From: an uncultured virus (IMG/VR IMGVR_UViG_3300032523_001510)
Taxonomy: Duplodnaviria > Heunggongvirae > Uroviricota > Caudoviricetes
DNA: 20,000 bases
Strand: one strand, 5' to 3'
Virus record (IMG/VR): IMGVR_UViG_3300032523_001510
Position 1 is the first letter of the stretch. Every line of letters starts with the position of its first letter. Shown here piece by piece: positions 16,250 through 20,000 of this stretch. Below the pieces are notes generated by a model that saw only the letters and a program-made list of their open reading frames with translations, did no database searches and was not told where the DNA came from. The position numbers and the translations under genes were made by a program.

Positions 16250-17113
16250 TTGCAGAAACATAAATTATATTTCAGATCGGTTTATGGAAACGCAAATATA
16301 AAGAAAATTAAAGTTGAATTTCCCGGATGGGCTGGGGATAGCAAAAATCATTCAGATGGAGCTACCCCTCAGCCATGGCATTGTGTACCTTTTTTAGAAG
16401 CATCGACATATGGTTTGGAATTAATATATCCTTTCAATTCTGAAGCTATAATCAGGACTGTAGATAAAAAAATTCAAGTAGACCCGTCAAATAATAAAAG
16501 CTGGGAAGAGGAAGAGATTCCTTTTAATTGTCCACGACCAGCTTTTATGCAGTTTGCACCGGGTCATTTTGGTATGTCTTCGTGTCTTGAAATAGTGCCA
16601 CCAAAAGATCATGTGATAAGAATTGAGCCACACCCTGCTTTTTTTACTGATAACTCTGGAACATTTCCTTGTTTAGTTACGGGTCATTTACAAGGCGATT
16701 GGTGGCCCAAAGTTTTTTTTGTGGTTTTCAAATCGCCTTTACCAAATCAAGAGCTACACTTTAAAAAGAATATGCCTTATGGAAAAATTATATTTGTACC
16801 TAAAAAAGTTGAGTACGAAATAGAAGACATGCCAAACTCTTTGATCTCGAAGCGTATGAAAAGAGATGAATTTATAAATTCTTTGGTTAAGAAATTAACT
16901 ACAAATAGGTGGTTTGATTATCTTGGTAATAGCTTTGATAACAAGTATCGAATTCTTTCGAACATTGTAACCAAATATGGCGAAGAAGGTCTTGATGACA
17001 TTCTATCTAAACTTTATAATCAATCTTTTGGTAAGGCTATTACCATGTTCCGTCCAATCTTGAAAAAAAGAAAAAATAATGTCGAAAATAATACAGATAA
17101 CAGACCAGAATGA
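16250..17113 (+). CDS. Hypothetical protein, DUF6065-like (possible dUTPase-like beta fold)
   Basis: HCVPFLEASTYGLELIYPF, GHLQGDWWP and FKKNMPYGKIIFVP resemble the 'C.P...a...G.el..P' family pattern (recalled, not searched). Start codon uncertain. Confidence 0.45.
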   Translation: MQKHKLYFRSVYGNANIKKIKVEFPGWAGDSKNHSDGATPQPWHCVPFLEASTYGLELIYPFNSEAIIRTVDKKIQVDPSNNKSWEEEEIPFNCPRPAFMQFAPGHFGMSSCLEIVPPKDHVIRIEPHPAFFTDNSGTFPCLVTGHLQGDWWPKVFFVVFKSPLPNQELHFKKNMPYGKIIFVPKKVEYEIEDMPNSLISKRMKRDEFINSLVKKLTTNRWFDYLGNSFDNKYRILSNIVTKYGEEGLDDILSKLYNQSFGKAITMFRPILKKRKNNVENNTDNRPE

Positions 17114-19103
17114 AATACTTCCAACATCATCTTTTAAATTAGGCAAATGGGATTACGAGTTTTTCAACCCTGTTCAAAGTAGGGTCTGTGAAATATATGA
17201 GTCAGACAACAGCAGCATAATAGCAGCTTCGACATCGTCTGGTAAAACCACTATTGCCGAAATGTATCTAGCACATGAAATCAAGCAACGAAAAGGCAAA
17301 GGAATGTTCCTAGTTCCTTTGAAGGCTCTGGCTCAAGAAAAAATAGATCAATGGTCGAGTCCTAATCATTTTTTTAGTGAATTCAAAATAAGTATATGCA
17401 CTGGAGATTACAGACTCGATAAATCACGCATGAATGAATTGCGTGAGGCCGATCTTATTATTATGACATCTGAAATGTTAAATCATAAAGTAAGAAATGT
17501 TGGAAGCGATGAAAATGATTGGCTTAAATCGGTTGGAACAATAGTCTGTGATGAATCACATTTGCTTACTGTTCCGAACAGAGGAGATCATTTAGAAATA
17601 GGATTTATAAATTTTTCTAGAGCTAATCCAAATGGAAGATTTGTGTGTCTTTCTGCAACTATGCCAAACGTTGATGAAATTGGCGAGTGGATATCTGAAT
17701 CTTTGACTCATAAGCCAACATATGTTTTAAAATCTCAATATAGACCAGTACCACTTAATATACATTATGAAATTTACGACAATTACTCTAGAACTTATGA
17801 TTCGTTAGAGCTTGAAAAAGTCAAACAAGCACTTAAAATTGTAAGATCACATCCAGAAGATAAATTTTTGATTTTCGCTCATACCAAAAAAACTGGCGAA
17901 AAAATGGTTCAAATGTTGAATGCTTATAAAATAGATGGAGAATTTCATAATGCAGATTTAACTAAAGAAAAAAGAATAGAGTTGGAAAACAAATTTAGAA
18001 ACGATAAAAATTTCAAAGTCATAGTAGCAACGTCAACTCTCGCTTGGGGAATTAACGCACCAGCAAGAAGAGTTATCATTCTTGGTATAGAAAGAGCCAC
18101 CCAAAGAATAGAACCTTACAACATTACGCAAATGGTAGGTAGAAGCGGAAGATTAGGCATAGACACACAAGGCGATGCGTATGTTTTATTGCCAAGAACT
18201 AAATTTACAGAATATAAAAATTACTTACAAATACCACAATTAATTAAAAGTCAGCTTTTAAATGCATTTGGCACTAAATATAAAACCTTGGCTTTTCATA
18301 TTACAAGTGAAATTTGGCATGGCAATATTACAAATTATAAAGATTTAGAATTGTGGTTTTCAAAATCGTTAGCACATTTTCAAAAAATGAAAATAAATCA
18401 AAAAGACTTAGAAGGAACTATTGAATTTCTACACAAGAAAAACATTATCAAAATCAATGAAGACGGATCGTATACAGCAACTAAGTTGGCAATGATAAGT
18501 TCTAGTTTTTACTTTTCTCCATTCGATGTTGCGGACCTTTCTCATAATTTTTACTTTTTGTTTAAAGAAAAAAACTTTGAGAAAAATGATATTAGAATAT
18601 CTTTGGCTCTTGGGTATATCGATAGTAATAAGGCTGGTATAGTTTCTAAAAGCGAAGAAGCAGAAATGAATTCGTTTTTCGAAAGCGTTAAGATCATGCC
18701 TAATTCTTTTTATTCTGATAAATCTGCAATAAAAACATCTTATTGTTATTATTGTATGCTTACTGGAAAACGTAATATGACAATGGCTGGTTATGCTAAA
18801 AATTTACAATTTGATTTCGAACGGGTTGCACAGGTTTTGTATGCAATTTGTAGAGTTACTAAAGATTTTAAAGATAAAAAAGGATTTTTTACGGAACTAG
18901 AAGCAAGAGTTAGATACGGTGTGCCTGCTCATTTGTTAGACCTTTGTAATATTCCAAATATTGGCAAAGTAAGGGCTAAAAAATTATACGATTTTGGAAT
19001 TAAAAGCAAAGACGACTTCAAAAAAACTGACATTGATACATTGGTTAAAGTTATAAATTTAAAAAAATCAATTGTCGAAGATGTTTTAAAGTCTTTGGAT
19101 TAA
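17079..19103 (+). CDS. Ski2/Hel308-like SF2 DNA helicase with C-terminal HhH
   Basis: Q motif FNPVQ, TSSGKT, VPLKALAQEK, DESH, LSAT, RPVPL, ATSTLAWGINAPA, QMVGRSGR and HhH IPNIGKVRAKKLY. Confidence 0.88.
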   Translation: MSKIIQITDQNEILPTSSFKLGKWDYEFFNPVQSRVCEIYESDNSSIIAASTSSGKTTIAEMYLAHEIKQRKGKGMFLVPLKALAQEKIDQWSSPNHFFSEFKISICTGDYRLDKSRMNELREADLIIMTSEMLNHKVRNVGSDENDWLKSVGTIVCDESHLLTVPNRGDHLEIGFINFSRANPNGRFVCLSATMPNVDEIGEWISESLTHKPTYVLKSQYRPVPLNIHYEIYDNYSRTYDSLELEKVKQALKIVRSHPEDKFLIFAHTKKTGEKMVQMLNAYKIDGEFHNADLTKEKRIELENKFRNDKNFKVIVATSTLAWGINAPARRVIILGIERATQRIEPYNITQMVGRSGRLGIDTQGDAYVLLPRTKFTEYKNYLQIPQLIKSQLLNAFGTKYKTLAFHITSEIWHGNITNYKDLELWFSKSLAHFQKMKINQKDLEGTIEFLHKKNIIKINEDGSYTATKLAMISSSFYFSPFDVADLSHNFYFLFKEKNFEKNDIRISLALGYIDSNKAGIVSKSEEAEMNSFFESVKIMPNSFYSDKSAIKTSYCYYCMLTGKRNMTMAGYAKNLQFDFERVAQVLYAICRVTKDFKDKKGFFTELEARVRYGVPAHLLDLCNIPNIGKVRAKKLYDFGIKSKDDFKKTDIDTLVKVINLKKSIVEDVLKSLD

Positions 19104-19999
19104 CGTTTCTTCGTTCTTTTCAATCTTTCTGAAACATTTCTTATTATATGTTCTTTGTTGAAATATACTTTTTTTCTATCGTTTTGTAAATTATTAGTAC
19201 GGTAGATTATTTTATTTTTGATGTTTTTAAATGGATCTATCGCTCCAAATAAAACGCACTCACAACAAGCAAGGGAACAAGGACAGTTTTCGGGAACACC
19301 TTCGACTCCTAATTTTTCTAATCTTCGAATAACCAAATCATTAGAATTTTCTTTGTTTTCGCCTATGCTTACATCTATTTTTACATAAGATCCAGCTTTT
19401 ACGTGTGCTACTTCTCCGCTATTATTTATATTTATAAATACTTTTTTGTTGTAAGGATTCGACTCTACTTCGGCAGTTATAACTGCGTCACATGATGCTT
19501 TTATGAATCCATTTACTGGACATTCTAAGCAACCATCTTCGGGAACACACACTATTAATGTAATTATAGCGCAGTCGATAGGGCAAGGTACAGATCCTGC
19601 TCCCAAATTTACTCCAGCATATAAGTTTCCATTTTCATCCCATTCTGGCGTACCAAAAGTAAATTTACCATCTTTACTGTAAATTGGATCAAAGCTAAAT
19701 TCAGGAAATTCATTTATAGATTCTTCTGATATTTTCCAAATATGTTTTTGTTCTATTTTGTTTTTTATTAATTGTCCGTATTTGCCTGTTTTTTCAACAT
19801 AGCTTTCTGTGTTTATTTTATTGTTTTTATTCAATAGGACATTGGCACATGGAATAGGCGGGCAAAAATTGAAATTTTTTCCGCATTTGTATGTGTATCT
19901 TAAGCATTTGCAGCAAGTACTTGGGCAGCAGCAGCTACAGCTGCATCCGCAAATGCTAATTGGAGTTTTTACTGTACCGGCTGGGCATTCACCATCACC
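19100..19999 (-). CDS. Cys-rich hypothetical protein (5'-partial; extends beyond the window)
   Basis: The frame of the 244-aa track ORF stays open upstream of 19834 to the window edge, adding GDGECPAGTVKTPISICGCSCSCCCPSTCCKCLRYTYKCGKNFNFCPPIPCANVL. Confidence 0.75.
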   Translation of the reverse strand, partial: GDGECPAGTVKTPISICGCSCSCCCPSTCCKCLRYTYKCGKNFNFCPPIPCANVLLNKNNKINTESYVEKTGKYGQLIKNKIEQKHIWKISEESINEFPEFSFDPIYSKDGKFTFGTPEWDENGNLYAGVNLGAGSVPCPIDCAIITLIVCVPEDGCLECPVNGFIKASCDAVITAEVESNPYNKKVFININNSGEVAHVKAGSYVKIDVSIGENKENSNDLVIRRLEKLGVEGVPENCPCSLACCECVLFGAIDPFKNIKNKIIYRTNNLQNDRKKVYFNKEHIIRNVSERLKRTKKR

Positions 20000-20000
20000 A

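Noticed and set aside
1..20000. Genome-wide stop codon reassignment (code 15 or code 4)
   Set aside because: Conserved genes are full length under code 11 with no internal TAG or TGA, and coding density is already high.

Overview
AT-rich (roughly 30% GC by eye), gene-dense segment that looks like the replication/recombination region of a large (jumbo-type) dsDNA bacteriophage. Core genes: the 3' end of a family-A-like DNA polymerase, a truncated sigma-like protein, a DnaB/T4 gp41-type helicase, a UvsY-like protein, a gp32-type SSB, a RecA/UvsX recombinase and a Hel308/Ski2-like SF2 helicase. Accessory genes: two paralogous SPPY-type DNA methyltransferases separated by an HNH endonuclease, a RimI-like acetyltransferase, a dCMP deaminase, a glycan-modification island (sulfotransferase-like, GT-A glycosyltransferase, UDP-galactopyranose mutase, SAM-methyltransferase-like), an amidoligase-like enzyme and a very Cys-rich protein running off the right edge. 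The strongest sequence-level observation is a 68-bp direct repeat flanking the HNH gene whose five mismatches are all synonymous in the methyltransferase frame, which suggests an HNH cassette that inserted and supplied a replacement 3' end for its host gene. No rRNA, tRNA or CRISPR array was seen. All product calls come from motif recognition; no database search was run.
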